A stretch of 64,000 bases of DNA, taken from an uncultured Bacteroidota bacterium. Lineage in GTDB: Bacteria; Bacteroidota; Bacteroidia; Bacteroidales; UBA12481. The notes under the pieces were generated by a model. That model was not told the DNA's origin and did not search any database. It was given only the letters and a program-made list of their open reading frames with translations. Both the position numbers and the translations under genes were made by a program. Each line of letters begins with the position of its first letter. Within the stretch, counting starts at the first letter, position 1. Positions 8,810 to 17,095 of this stretch are shown here, piece after piece. The stretch lies in the NCBI GenBank assembly GCA_942493265.1, contig OW818688.1:2121467-2185466 (forward strand). Reading direction: 5' to 3'.

Positions 8810-10582
8810 ATGAAAAGTTTCCTCATTGTCCTGTGTACCATAGCACTTATCACAGCCTCCTGTTCAGAGCCCGGTCAGAATACGACCGTACAGGAACCCC
8901 TGATGCATCTGAAATATGAGCAAAACCTGAGCTCCACCTATGCTGAGGTAATCGCGAATTACCAAAAACTCGACAGTGCCTGGCCGGAAGCCAAATTGCT
9001 GGAGTGCGGTCTTACGGATTGCGGCAAACCGCTTCACCTGTTTGTCATCAGTAGCGACGGACAGTTCGATCCGGCTAAAATACACCAGTCCGGTAAGCGT
9101 ATCGTGATGATAAATAATGGAATACATTCCGGCGAACCGGAAGGTATCGAGGGGAGCATGCTGGCAGCGGATGATATCCTCCGGAATTTTAACGGCATGC
9201 GCAAGTATATCGACAATACCGTTATCTGTATTATTCCGGTATACAGCGTGGGCGGATTGCTGTACCAGAACCATTGGCACCGCACCAACCAAACCGGTCC
9301 GGATAACCCGGGATACCGCGGCAACGCCAAAAACCTCGACCTGAACCGCGATTTTGTCAAGCTGGAAACTGAAAATGCCCGGTCGTTCGTGAAGATTTTC
9401 AGGGAATGGGATCCGGATGTATTTTTAGATACCCATACCACCAACGGCTCAGATCATCAGTATGTGATCACCTATCTTCCCGCCCAGCACAACAGCATGC
9501 CCGATCCGGTTGGTAATTTTTTCTCCGAAACCATGATCCCGGCAATGTATGAGAAAATGCGCGCCACACCCTATGAGATGATCCCGTATGCCGAATGGGA
9601 TGTGGTATCGCCTGAAAAAGGCATCGCGAACTACGTCCAAACGCCCAGATATTCAACCGGATACACTCAGTTGTTCAGTACGCTTCCGCAGATGATCGAA
9701 AATCATTGCTATAAGCCGTATACCGACCGGGTGAAATCGATCTACCACTTTATCCTGGGACTGGTGGAGTTCACGCAGGAAAACGGCACACGCATCAGCG
9801 AAGCCAGGGCCGCCTCAAAGGAGAAGGTTAAAACCCAGAAGGAGTACGCTCTGAAATATGAGATCGACAGCTCCTGCTATCGCCTGGTTGAATTCAAGGG
9901 GTACCGGCTGGGGCACGACAAGAGTCCGCTTACCGGTGAGGACCGCGAAATTTATGACTACAACCAGCCTTTCACGGTTGCTGATGTTCCGGTTTTTGAT
10001 AATTACAAACCCTCGCAAACGATCACCGCTCCGGTGTATTATCTGGTTCCACAGGCCTGGACCGAAGTGATAGACCGATTGAAGATCAACAAGATAGAGA
10101 TGACCCGCCTGCCAAAAGATACATCCCTCACCGTGGAGGTGTATTATATCGACAGTCTGGTTTGGGCCACCCGCGTGAATAACGCGCACCATTTTCACGA
10201 CAGGTTCACCACGCGCAAGGAAATCCAGACGATCCCCTATTATGCCGGGGATTATCTGGTGCCGGTGAATCAGGATGCCAATTATTTCATTGTCAATCAG
10301 CTCGAACCGGAAGGACCGGATTCCTATTTCCGCTGGAACTTTTTTGATCCCTGCCTGGAAGATCGTGAATGGTTTTCACCGCATCCGGTTCTGGAGGACC
10401 GGATAGTGAAGTACCTGAATGAAACGCCTGCATCACGTAAGATGCTGGATGATGCCATTGCGGCCAATCCGGCGATGGCTAAGGACCGGGCTGCGCAGAT
10501 GTATTTTGTTTACACCCGCTGCGGACTGGCCAACAAATGGCTCAATCGTTATCCGGTTGCGAGAGTGATGGGAGAGGTTTAG
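8810..10582 (+). CDS. M14 family zinc carboxypeptidase
   Basis: Start trimmed to MKSFLIVLCTIALITASC (lipobox). It has HxxE zinc motif (GIHSGEPEG), NRDF (LDLNRDFVK) and a second zinc His (FLDTHTTNGS). Confidence 0.8.
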   Translation: MKSFLIVLCTIALITASCSEPGQNTTVQEPLMHLKYEQNLSSTYAEVIANYQKLDSAWPEAKLLECGLTDCGKPLHLFVISSDGQFDPAKIHQSGKRIVMINNGIHSGEPEGIEGSMLAADDILRNFNGMRKYIDNTVICIIPVYSVGGLLYQNHWHRTNQTGPDNPGYRGNAKNLDLNRDFVKLETENARSFVKIFREWDPDVFLDTHTTNGSDHQYVITYLPAQHNSMPDPVGNFFSETMIPAMYEKMRATPYEMIPYAEWDVVSPEKGIANYVQTPRYSTGYTQLFSTLPQMIENHCYKPYTDRVKSIYHFILGLVEFTQENGTRISEARAASKEKVKTQKEYALKYEIDSSCYRLVEFKGYRLGHDKSPLTGEDREIYDYNQPFTVADVPVFDNYKPSQTITAPVYYLVPQAWTEVIDRLKINKIEMTRLPKDTSLTVEVYYIDSLVWATRVNNAHHFHDRFTTRKEIQTIPYYAGDYLVPVNQDANYFIVNQLEPEGPDSYFRWNFFDPCLEDREWFSPHPVLEDRIVKYLNETPASRKMLDDAIAANPAMAKDRAAQMYFVYTRCGLANKWLNRYPVARVMGEV

Positions 10583-10604
10583 CACTCAAAGGCATGCACG
10601 GTTA

Positions 10605-10650
10605 GGAACGGGGTCCCGACCTGCGTCGGGATGACACTTCTCCGAGGGAG
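10605..10650. repeat. Family A hairpin repeat copy (reverse orientation)
   Basis: The sequence GGAACGGGGTCCCGACCTGCGTCGGGATGACACTTCTCCGAGGGAG is the reverse complement of the CCCTCGGAGAAGTGTCATCCCGNC...GNCGGGAC unit. Confidence 0.8.
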
Positions 10651-11335
10651 AACCCCGGAGGGGTGAAAGGATTATAGCCACGAGGTATGAATTGAAATAT
10701 TAACCCCGTAGGGGTGGCATAAATACCCGGAATCTTCCTGCGCAATTATCATGTCACCCCTACGGGGTTTGGTTGGGGGTATGGAACGTTCACCGCTATA
10801 ATCCTATCACCCCTCCGGGGTTGGAGCTGAACGCAGATAGGAATTTAGTAATCAATAGGCTGATTTCTTAAGTTGATGTCTATGGAGGGTAATTTCATGG
10901 CAGGGAGGATGGAAAAGTTGAGAACCCAATTTTTAACCCCGGAGGGGTGCAATGATTTTAGCCACGTGGGTTGAATTGAAATATTAACCCCGTAGGGGTG
11001 GCATAAATACCCGGAATCTTCCTGCGCAATTATCATGTCACCCCTACGGGGTTTGGTTGGGGGTATGGAACGTTCACCGCTATAATCCTATCACCCCTCC
11101 GGGGTTGGAGCTGAACGCAGATAGGAATTAGTAATCAATAGGCTGATTTCTTAAGTTGATGTCTATGGAGGGTAATTTCGTGGCAGGGAGGATGGAAAAG
11201 TTGAGAACCCAATTTTTAACCCCGGAGGGGTGCAATGATTTTAGCCACGTGGGTTGAATTGAAATATTAACCCCGTAGGGGTGGCATAAATACCCGGAAT
11301 CTTCCTGCGCAATTATCATATCACTGCTACAGGGT
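10651..11335. repeat. Tandem array, 2.4 copies of a 284-bp unit built from family B double-hairpin elements
   Basis: Unit starts (AACCCCGGAGGGGTG) lie at 10651, 10935 and 11218. After the first ~35 bp, copies 1 and 2 differ by one substitution and one 1-bp indel. Copy 3 matches copy 2 until about 11316. Confidence 0.9.
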
Positions 11336-11834
11336 TTATGTATTTTAGGAATACCGCTGACCCATTGCGGCCGGTTTCCTTGAAGTTGTTTTTCTCCAGA
11401 ACCCTGATCGATGAAGGGTTGCTGAGGTCGGTTTCGGCCCTCACACATTTTACCTGGTCCTGATCACGGAGCCAGTTGAGCATTCCTCCAATGGTTTCTG
11501 TCATGATGCCTTTATTGCGAAAAGCCTCATCGGTGCCATAGCCGATTTCAACCTCCCCGTTTTCATCCGGTCCGCCATGAAAACAAATCCCTCCCGCGAT
11601 AGCCCGGGAACTTTTCTCGATGATGATCCACATGGTCCAGAAAAAGGGATTGTTACCCGGATCTTCCAGCTGGGGCAGCAAAGTGTTGACAATCGCATCT
11701 AGGGTTGCCTCATCTGTCAACGATTCCGATGGGGATAATCCCAGGTCCCTGGCGAGGTCATCCGGCACAGAGGCAAGTTTTTGTAACTCCAATAAAGTTA
11801 GTGGCTTGATAAGCAGCCGGTTGGTTTCGATCAT
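11316..11834 (-). CDS. GNAT family N-acetyltransferase (RimJ/RimL-like)
   Basis: 172-aa ORF. It has the N-terminal TNRLLIKPLT pattern typical of RimJ/L-type GNATs and an acetyl-CoA loop (FRNKGIMTE). Its last codons and stop lie in the decayed end of the tandem array. Confidence 0.8.
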   Translation of the reverse strand: MIETNRLLIKPLTLLELQKLASVPDDLARDLGLSPSESLTDEATLDAIVNTLLPQLEDPGNNPFFWTMWIIIEKSSRAIAGGICFHGGPDENGEVEIGYGTDEAFRNKGIMTETIGGMLNWLRDQDQVKCVRAETDLSNPSSIRVLEKNNFKETGRNGSAVFLKYINPVAVI

Positions 11835-11851
11835 CGGTCAATTTTTTTAAA

Positions 11852-13075
11852 CTATAAAGTCATGATTTTACCCCGGTTCATTTCGGACTCAAAAGCCCTG
11901 CAGGATAAGGATATATCCGGGTAGGCAGTGGTAAACCGAATATATTTTTTGGGATTATAGGCGTCAAAATCGTACTTAATTTCGATAGCCTCTCCTTGAT
12001 TAACAGATTGTTTCACAATGAAATCGACTTCGTTCCCCTCCGCGGTCCTCCAGAAAAAGAGGGAATCCATTCCTATCTTTTCCCTTAATCGCATAAAGGC
12101 ATAGTTTTCAATGAGTTCACCTTTATCGATACGCTGGAAAATGGGATTGAACTGGTTCATCAGGATGTTCCGCAGGCCCAGATCATGAAAGTAGCATTTC
12201 GGCATTTTTACCAATTCTTTTCGGATGTTTCCGAAAAATGGTTTGATCAGCTGGATATGGAAGCATTTCTGGAGAACATAAAAGTACTTATCAATGGATG
12301 CAGCCGACAATTTCAGGGTTCCGGCCAATTCATGGCTATTCACCAAACTACCGGTCTGGTGAGCGAGAAGGAGCATCATCCGATAAAACTTTTCCGAATC
12401 GGTGATATTGGATTCAGCAATATCACGCTTCACAAATGAGAAGAGCAATTCTTTAAGTAAAAGGATTTTTTCATCATGATCCTGTGCTAACACCACTGCC
12501 GGATAACCACCGTATGTGAGATATTCACTGAAAAATCCCTCAAGCTGTTGCAGTCGGGCCGGACGGTAATTGTCGTTCTCCCGCATGTTTTGCAGCTCCG
12601 TACTCATTTCCTGGTTTCCGGTCCTGAAGTCCAGCATCTCGTCAAAACTCAGCGTAAATAATTCAAAAAGCCGCTTTCGTCCTGCCAATGAATCTTTAAA
12701 CTTACTGTCAATATAAAATGCACTACTTCCGGTGGCAATTACCTTGATCAGTCCTGAATGCTTGTCATACAGTAATTTAAGAAAATTCGAAGGATCAGAT
12801 AAGTACTGTATCTCATCCAGAAGGAGGTAAATGCGCTGCTGATCCTTCCTGATGATCAGGTCAAAGATATTTTCGGGGTGCTTGTTCAGACTGGATAAAA
12901 TGGATGGATCTTCCAGTGTAAAAAAATATGCCGTCTCATTTTTCTCCTTCAGGTAATCTGATATTTGATTCAGCAGGGTGGTCTTTCCGGATTGCCTGGG
13001 CCCGACAATTATCGTAAATTCCCTGTCCTCCAGATGCCTGATCAATGAATGAAAAAGTTTTCTTTTATGAGTCAT
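11852..13075 (-). CDS. AAA family ATPase with C-terminal DUF4143-like region
   Basis: 407-aa ORF with Walker A (GPRQSGKTTL) and Walker B (YLLLDEIQY). The length and layout match the common AAA_14 + DUF4143 'ATP-binding protein' family. Confidence 0.85.
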   Translation of the reverse strand: MTHKRKLFHSLIRHLEDREFTIIVGPRQSGKTTLLNQISDYLKEKNETAYFFTLEDPSILSSLNKHPENIFDLIIRKDQQRIYLLLDEIQYLSDPSNFLKLLYDKHSGLIKVIATGSSAFYIDSKFKDSLAGRKRLFELFTLSFDEMLDFRTGNQEMSTELQNMRENDNYRPARLQQLEGFFSEYLTYGGYPAVVLAQDHDEKILLLKELLFSFVKRDIAESNITDSEKFYRMMLLLAHQTGSLVNSHELAGTLKLSAASIDKYFYVLQKCFHIQLIKPFFGNIRKELVKMPKCYFHDLGLRNILMNQFNPIFQRIDKGELIENYAFMRLREKIGMDSLFFWRTAEGNEVDFIVKQSVNQGEAIEIKYDFDAYNPKKYIRFTTAYPDISLSCRAFESEMNRGKIMTL

Positions 13076-13091
13076 GACCTTTACTTTAATG

Positions 13092-13172
13092 TAAATATCC
13101 GATAATTTTCAATCAGAATGTTAAAAATATCGGATAATTTTAAATTTATGGATCAAAAATATCGGATAATTT
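13092..13172. repeat. Three 17-bp direct repeats (AAATATC[C/G]GATAATTTT) at exact 32-bp phasing, upstream of the ATPase gene
   Basis: Copies lie at 13092-13108, 13124-13140 and 13156-13172. The core TATCSGATA is near-palindromic. They fill the gap between the yoeB stop and the ATPase start. Confidence 0.85.
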
Positions 13173-13436
13173 TCACTTGTCATAATGATACCTGCACGCA
13201 AAAATCCAAAGATCTTCCCCGTCAGCCTGATAAACCAGCCTGTGTTCCCGGTCAATTCGTCTGGACCACAATCCCGCCAGATCATATTTAAGCGGTTCCG
13301 GTTTGCCCATTCCTTTGTGGGGATGCGATTGGATATCGCGGATGAGCGAGTTTATTTTCCTGAGCATCTTTTCATCCTCCGACTGCCAATAGAGATAATC
13401 CTCCCAGGCATTGAGTGAAAAAGTGATCCGCATCAT
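13173..13436 (-). CDS. yoeB: YoeB/Txe family toxin (mRNA interferase)
   Basis: 87 aa, colinear with E. coli YoeB as I recall it (W.DYLYWQ..D...L.KIN.LI.D......GKGKPEPLK..L.G.WSRRI..EHRLVY......L.I..CRYHY). There is a 4-nt ATGA overlap with the upstream antitoxin gene. Confidence 0.85.
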   Translation of the reverse strand: MMRITFSLNAWEDYLYWQSEDEKMLRKINSLIRDIQSHPHKGMGKPEPLKYDLAGLWSRRIDREHRLVYQADGEDLWIFACRYHYDK

Positions 13437-13687
13437 TCAGAAATCAGGTCTTTCTGAGCCGATTTGCCGGCTGCCATCTGCTCGATGGATTCGAACAGCC
13501 TTCGGGCATTCTTCTGAGAACTAAGCAGATGTAGTGTTTCCATGATGGAATTGTATTCTTCCAATGATATCAGGACAGCCCCTTTCCCGGAACCCCTTTT
13601 AATAATCAGGGTTTCATGGTTTTCTTCCACGGTATCCAGATAATCCTTCAGGTCTTTCCGGAATTCAGTGTAATTGGCAGCTAACAT
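13433..13687 (-). CDS. yefM: Phd/YefM family antitoxin
   Basis: 84 aa with YefM-like motifs (LISLEEYNSIMETLHLLSS.KNARRL..SI). It sits immediately upstream of yoeB and overlaps it. Confidence 0.85.
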   Translation of the reverse strand: MLAANYTEFRKDLKDYLDTVEENHETLIIKRGSGKGAVLISLEEYNSIMETLHLLSSQKNARRLFESIEQMAAGKSAQKDLISE

Positions 13688-13713
13688 GGCATTGCAATTA
13701 AGTAATTAATCAG

Positions 13714-13729
13714 GTACAAATATACGTAC
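13714..13729. promoter_or_regulatory. Candidate YefM-YoeB operator: two GTAC cores 12 bp centre-to-centre
   Basis: GGTACA (13713-13718) and CGTACT (13725-13730) lie 27-43 bp upstream of the yefM start. The E. coli yefM-yoeB operator is described as TGTACA cores with 12-bp centre-to-centre spacing. Confidence 0.35.
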
Positions 13730-13788
13730 TTATTATTTACATTGTTATCGTTGAACCTCCAAACCTAACAATGCCCATCAGCAGAAAA

Positions 13789-16209
13789 TCAATTACCCAG
13801 TTTTATTAATCCACTTTCGTTTTCACCTTCGGGTTTCTGACCGTTCGCCGATTTGAATGAATTGAGGTTATAAGTAAGTCCTAACCATAAAATTCGGGTA
13901 TCTGTTTTGCTTGAATTGTTTAGGCTGAAAACGTCGTTGTCTGATTGAATTATCCATTTCCGGGTATTAAAAACATCAGTCAGGGTAAGACTGATCACCA
14001 GCTGATTTTTTAGCAAATTTCGTCTAACGGCAATGTCTGCATAATAAATCCCACTTAAATCGAATTGTGGTAATGAAACAGGAGAATTGTAGTTCAGGAA
14101 AACCTGAATGTCTGTCTTTTGGTCAGGCTTGTAGGTAGCCTTAAGATTTCCGGTCCACGCAACGTTATCCAGGCTCAGGTTAATGCCATCATAAGTGCCG
14201 TTTGATTTGGCATAAAAAACCGAGAATCCGGGATTTAAGGTAAGAACCTTTTTGATTTTAACGGTGGCATCCAAATCGGCTCCTACTTTGTTCAATCGGC
14301 CGCCATTAATGTAGGTGATAAATAGCTCGCTCGAAGAGGAAGGCAGGGTAACCTGGGTTATGAAATTCTTAGTAGAACTGAAGAATAGGTTGCTCCTGGT
14401 CTGGAATTTCTCATTGATCCAGATATGGTTTATCTCAGCCTTATCAAGAATCTCCGGAACCAGGTTGCGATTACCGGTTTCATAAGTCATCTGGTCAATC
14501 ACATTGATAAACGGATTTAACTGCGGGTAAGTTGGTCTGGTTACCCGTCGGTTTATGGTTAAGGCGATACTTTGTGTTTTGCTGATATTGTGTTTGATCA
14601 ACAGATAGGGAAACGGGAACAGGTAATCGGCTGCAATCGTTTCTTTAATTGACCTTTGTACCAGCTCTGAATTGTGATATTCAAACCGTGCCCCCACTTT
14701 ATAATAAAGTTTCTTAAACAAACTGTCGGAATACATTGCATAGGCTGAGTAAATGAATTCCTTATGCTCCAAGTCGTTACTGAATGATTGATTTCGTATC
14801 CAATCGTTTGTGATGGTATCCAGGTCATAGAAATCATAATTGAAACTATTCCATCTCGAGAAAGCTTTAAGCCCACTCTCAATTTTCCCTGATCGGAAAA
14901 GTGTTTTATAATGGTCGGCCTGAACTGTAATATTTGTCGGTGCGCCACCCCCGGATGACTTTTGTAAAAGCCGGTCATCAATAAAATATTCAGCCGGTCT
15001 GGATCCATGAGTGCGTGAAAATGAAGCATCGGCCGAGATCTCTTGCTTATTATTTTGCAGAACTCTCTTATAAGATAACGTGCTTTCTATCACTCGTCTT
15101 GAAAAAGTAATTTCATTTCGGCGGTTAAAAGAAGATTCGGGTAACGCATCCTGAACCAATGTTCCGGAAATGTTCTGAGTATTATAAAGATGCATGAACA
15201 TGGTTTTAACTCCCAAAGATATAATCGTCCTGGGGGATGGTCTTGCCGTAATGGTCATCGCACCCGTTTGGGTTGGAGTTATCTGGGTGGATCGGATATC
15301 CTGTTCAACCAATACGTCTGATAAATATAACTGACGGTCTAAACTACTGGTGATTGCAACTTTTTCAAATTTCCCATTGTAGTTTAACCCGACATCCCAA
15401 ATTCCTTTTCTAAGATTGAGGTTTAATCCGCCATTTAGGCGGTTATTGATCCCAAAGTTCAAGGTTGCCATGGCACTTATCCCTGATGAACCTTGCCTTT
15501 TCATCACCACATTAATGATTCCACCAGTACCCTCAGCATCATATTTTGCATCAGGATTGGTAATGATCTCCACACTTTCAATTCCGGAGGCTGGAATTGA
15601 GTTTATGGATGCCACTGTGGTTGGCTTACCATCAACCAAAATCAGGATATTGCTACTCCCTCTGAGATAGATATTGTTTTCTGCATCAATGGTTATGGAG
15701 GACATGCTTTTCAGAACCTCTGTAAGATTACCAGTAACTGAAGATAGATTCTGGGCGACATTAATTTTTGTTTTCTCAATAGTAACCTGCTTTTCACTTT
15801 GCTTTCCGGTAACTTGAACCTCCTTTATATTTAGGGAGGAGCTGCTCAACATGATTGGGTGATCAAGGATGACTGACGCATCAAGAATTTTTATTGTGGT
15901 GGAATGAGATTTATACCCGACAAAGCTCGATTTGAGCAGGAATTCTCCCTGGTTGAGATTGTTGATGGTAAACTGCCCTTTCGCATTGGTAATGGTGCCA
16001 TTAACCAGTGAATTGTCAGCCTGGCGATATACTGACACTGAAGCCAGCTCAATCGGATTCTTACTCAATGAGTCTATCAGAATTCCAGAAATGGTAAAGG
16101 GATGCTTACTTTGGCTGAAAGCTGTCAGAACGGGTAATAAAGCTAAAACAACAAAAAATGAAAACTTGTAAGTAACAGATATTCTAATAATTGATTGATT
16201 GATCGACAT
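13789..16209 (-). CDS. TonB-dependent receptor-like outer-membrane beta-barrel protein (CarboxypepD_reg + plug + OMP_b-brl_3-type barrel)
   Basis: 806-aa ORF with a signal peptide (FFVVLALLPVLTAFSQ). It has a CarboxypepD_reg segment (ISGILIDSLSKNPIELASVSVY), a plug (YLRGSSNILILVDGKPT...GIESVEIITNPDAKYDAEGTGGIINVVMK) and a long barrel. Confidence 0.8.
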   Translation of the reverse strand: MSINQSIIRISVTYKFSFFVVLALLPVLTAFSQSKHPFTISGILIDSLSKNPIELASVSVYRQADNSLVNGTITNAKGQFTINNLNQGEFLLKSSFVGYKSHSTTIKILDASVILDHPIMLSSSSLNIKEVQVTGKQSEKQVTIEKTKINVAQNLSSVTGNLTEVLKSMSSITIDAENNIYLRGSSNILILVDGKPTTVASINSIPASGIESVEIITNPDAKYDAEGTGGIINVVMKRQGSSGISAMATLNFGINNRLNGGLNLNLRKGIWDVGLNYNGKFEKVAITSSLDRQLYLSDVLVEQDIRSTQITPTQTGAMTITARPSPRTIISLGVKTMFMHLYNTQNISGTLVQDALPESSFNRRNEITFSRRVIESTLSYKRVLQNNKQEISADASFSRTHGSRPAEYFIDDRLLQKSSGGGAPTNITVQADHYKTLFRSGKIESGLKAFSRWNSFNYDFYDLDTITNDWIRNQSFSNDLEHKEFIYSAYAMYSDSLFKKLYYKVGARFEYHNSELVQRSIKETIAADYLFPFPYLLIKHNISKTQSIALTINRRVTRPTYPQLNPFINVIDQMTYETGNRNLVPEILDKAEINHIWINEKFQTRSNLFFSSTKNFITQVTLPSSSSELFITYINGGRLNKVGADLDATVKIKKVLTLNPGFSVFYAKSNGTYDGINLSLDNVAWTGNLKATYKPDQKTDIQVFLNYNSPVSLPQFDLSGIYYADIAVRRNLLKNQLVISLTLTDVFNTRKWIIQSDNDVFSLNNSSKTDTRILWLGLTYNLNSFKSANGQKPEGENESGLIKLGN

Positions 16210-16228
16210 CTATTTTGATGGTTAAAGA

Positions 16229-16357
16229 TTACTTTGAAAGGAACTTTTTGATAGCCACCAGGATCAGAATCAATCCGCCACACAGACCTAAAAGTCCTCC
16301 AAAAGCACCGGTTATCCGACCTATAATGATCAGTTTAATTAATGAAGGTACATCCAT
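16229..16357 (-). CDS. Tentative 42-aa single-TM micro-protein
   Basis: Hand-translated as MDVPSLIKLIIIGRITGAFGGLLGLCGGLILILVAIKKFLSK*. It ends 20 nt upstream of the receptor start codon on the same strand. It is below the ORF-track length cutoff. Confidence 0.3.
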   Translation of the reverse strand: MDVPSLIKLIIIGRITGAFGGLLGLCGGLILILVAIKKFLSK

Positions 16358-16429
16358 ATGTCTGCTTTTTATTGCAAGGTAATGGATGTTTCGGTAAGGT
16401 TAATACAGGATTGATAAGTCAAAACAAAA

Positions 16430-16460
16430 ACCGGAATGCCTTTCAATCGGGTGTTCCGGT
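16430..16460 (-). terminator. Candidate intrinsic terminator after the Cys-rich protein gene
   Basis: ACCGGAA (16430-16436) pairs with TTCCGGT (16454-16460). On the minus strand the hairpin is followed by TTTTTGTTTT. Confidence 0.45.
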
Positions 16461-16575
16461 TTTTAAGTTGTCGGTGTAGGTCTCTATAACCCTAATTGCC
16501 ATCATCAGGTCAATTACAAGGGTACATCTGGTAACCAAACAAGAGATAGATTTGTCAATTTCGAAACACGGATAG

Positions 16576-16920
16576 CTACTTTGTTTTGCCTTTGCAGGTG
16601 CCAGTACATGAAGACTGATCGCAGGTTTTCACCTCTTTGCAAACTTTGCCATCATGGCCCTTACACGTTTTGGGATCACAGGTTCCCAACTTGTGGTCGC
16701 AACCTTTTTCTGCACATTTTGCGGGATCACAGGCAACACCTTTAGCACAAGTTGTTGCATGATTGCAAGTTGCTGAACATTTCGTTTGAACCTGCTCCTT
16801 CTTGACCGCGGATTTTGTTTTTTTATCCTTACCCTCGCCAACAGGATTGGCACTGACGAAGAGAACCATGACAAAAGCCATAATCATGGTGCTTACGATT
16901 CTGGTGATTCGGTTTTTCAT
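16576..16920 (-). CDS. Secreted Cys/Lys-rich mini-protein (114 aa, 12 Cys in the last 68 residues)
   Basis: It has a signal peptide/anchor (IVSTMIMAFVMVLFVSANP). Then follows C-x3-C-x5-C-x5-C-x4-C-x4-C-x6-C-x4-C-x7-C-x5-C-x4-C-x3-C, with CDP(A/K)(K/T)C twice and three His. A TACATTTG -7 box lies on the minus strand at 16946-16953. Confidence 0.7.
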   Translation of the reverse strand: MKNRITRIVSTMIMAFVMVLFVSANPVGEGKDKKTKSAVKKEQVQTKCSATCNHATTCAKGVACDPAKCAEKGCDHKLGTCDPKTCKGHDGKVCKEVKTCDQSSCTGTCKGKTK

Positions 16921-17095
16921 TTTGTTTGTATTTTTTTAAGTCCTTCAAATGTATGGCATCCACAAACAGCTAGCAGTTAAAGTATTGTTAAATTATTCAC
17001 GAGCGATTGGAATTATTTTTATGCTACTCAGTTTTCATTTAACTCGACAATTTCTATTGCGAAGCATACCAGCTTCATGTCCATGCGTGATGTCG

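Noticed and set aside
10651-11335. Possible CRISPR arrays: the 284-bp array here, 3 x 32 bp at 54958-55053, 3 x 35 bp at 57285-57390, and 3 x 17 bp at 13092-13172
   Set aside because: None has the repeat/unique-spacer alternation of a CRISPR. The units are contiguous tandem copies, or 17-bp repeats with 15-bp gaps. No cas genes are present in the window.
10845-11448. Duplicated small ORFs (10845..11036, 63 aa; 11128..11448, 106 aa) reading MIIAQEDSGYLCHPYGVNISIQPTWLKSLHPSGV... inside the tandem array
   Set aside because: They are the array read on the minus strand. The HPYGV and HPSGV peptides are just the CACCCCTACGGGGT-type hairpins, and the longer ORF overlaps the well-supported GNAT gene. 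There is no independent coding evidence.
16210-16575. Cobalamin or another riboswitch upstream of the TonB-dependent receptor
   Set aside because: I found no B12-box-like sequence or other recognisable riboswitch core on the minus strand. The region is better explained by a terminator plus the micro-ORF.
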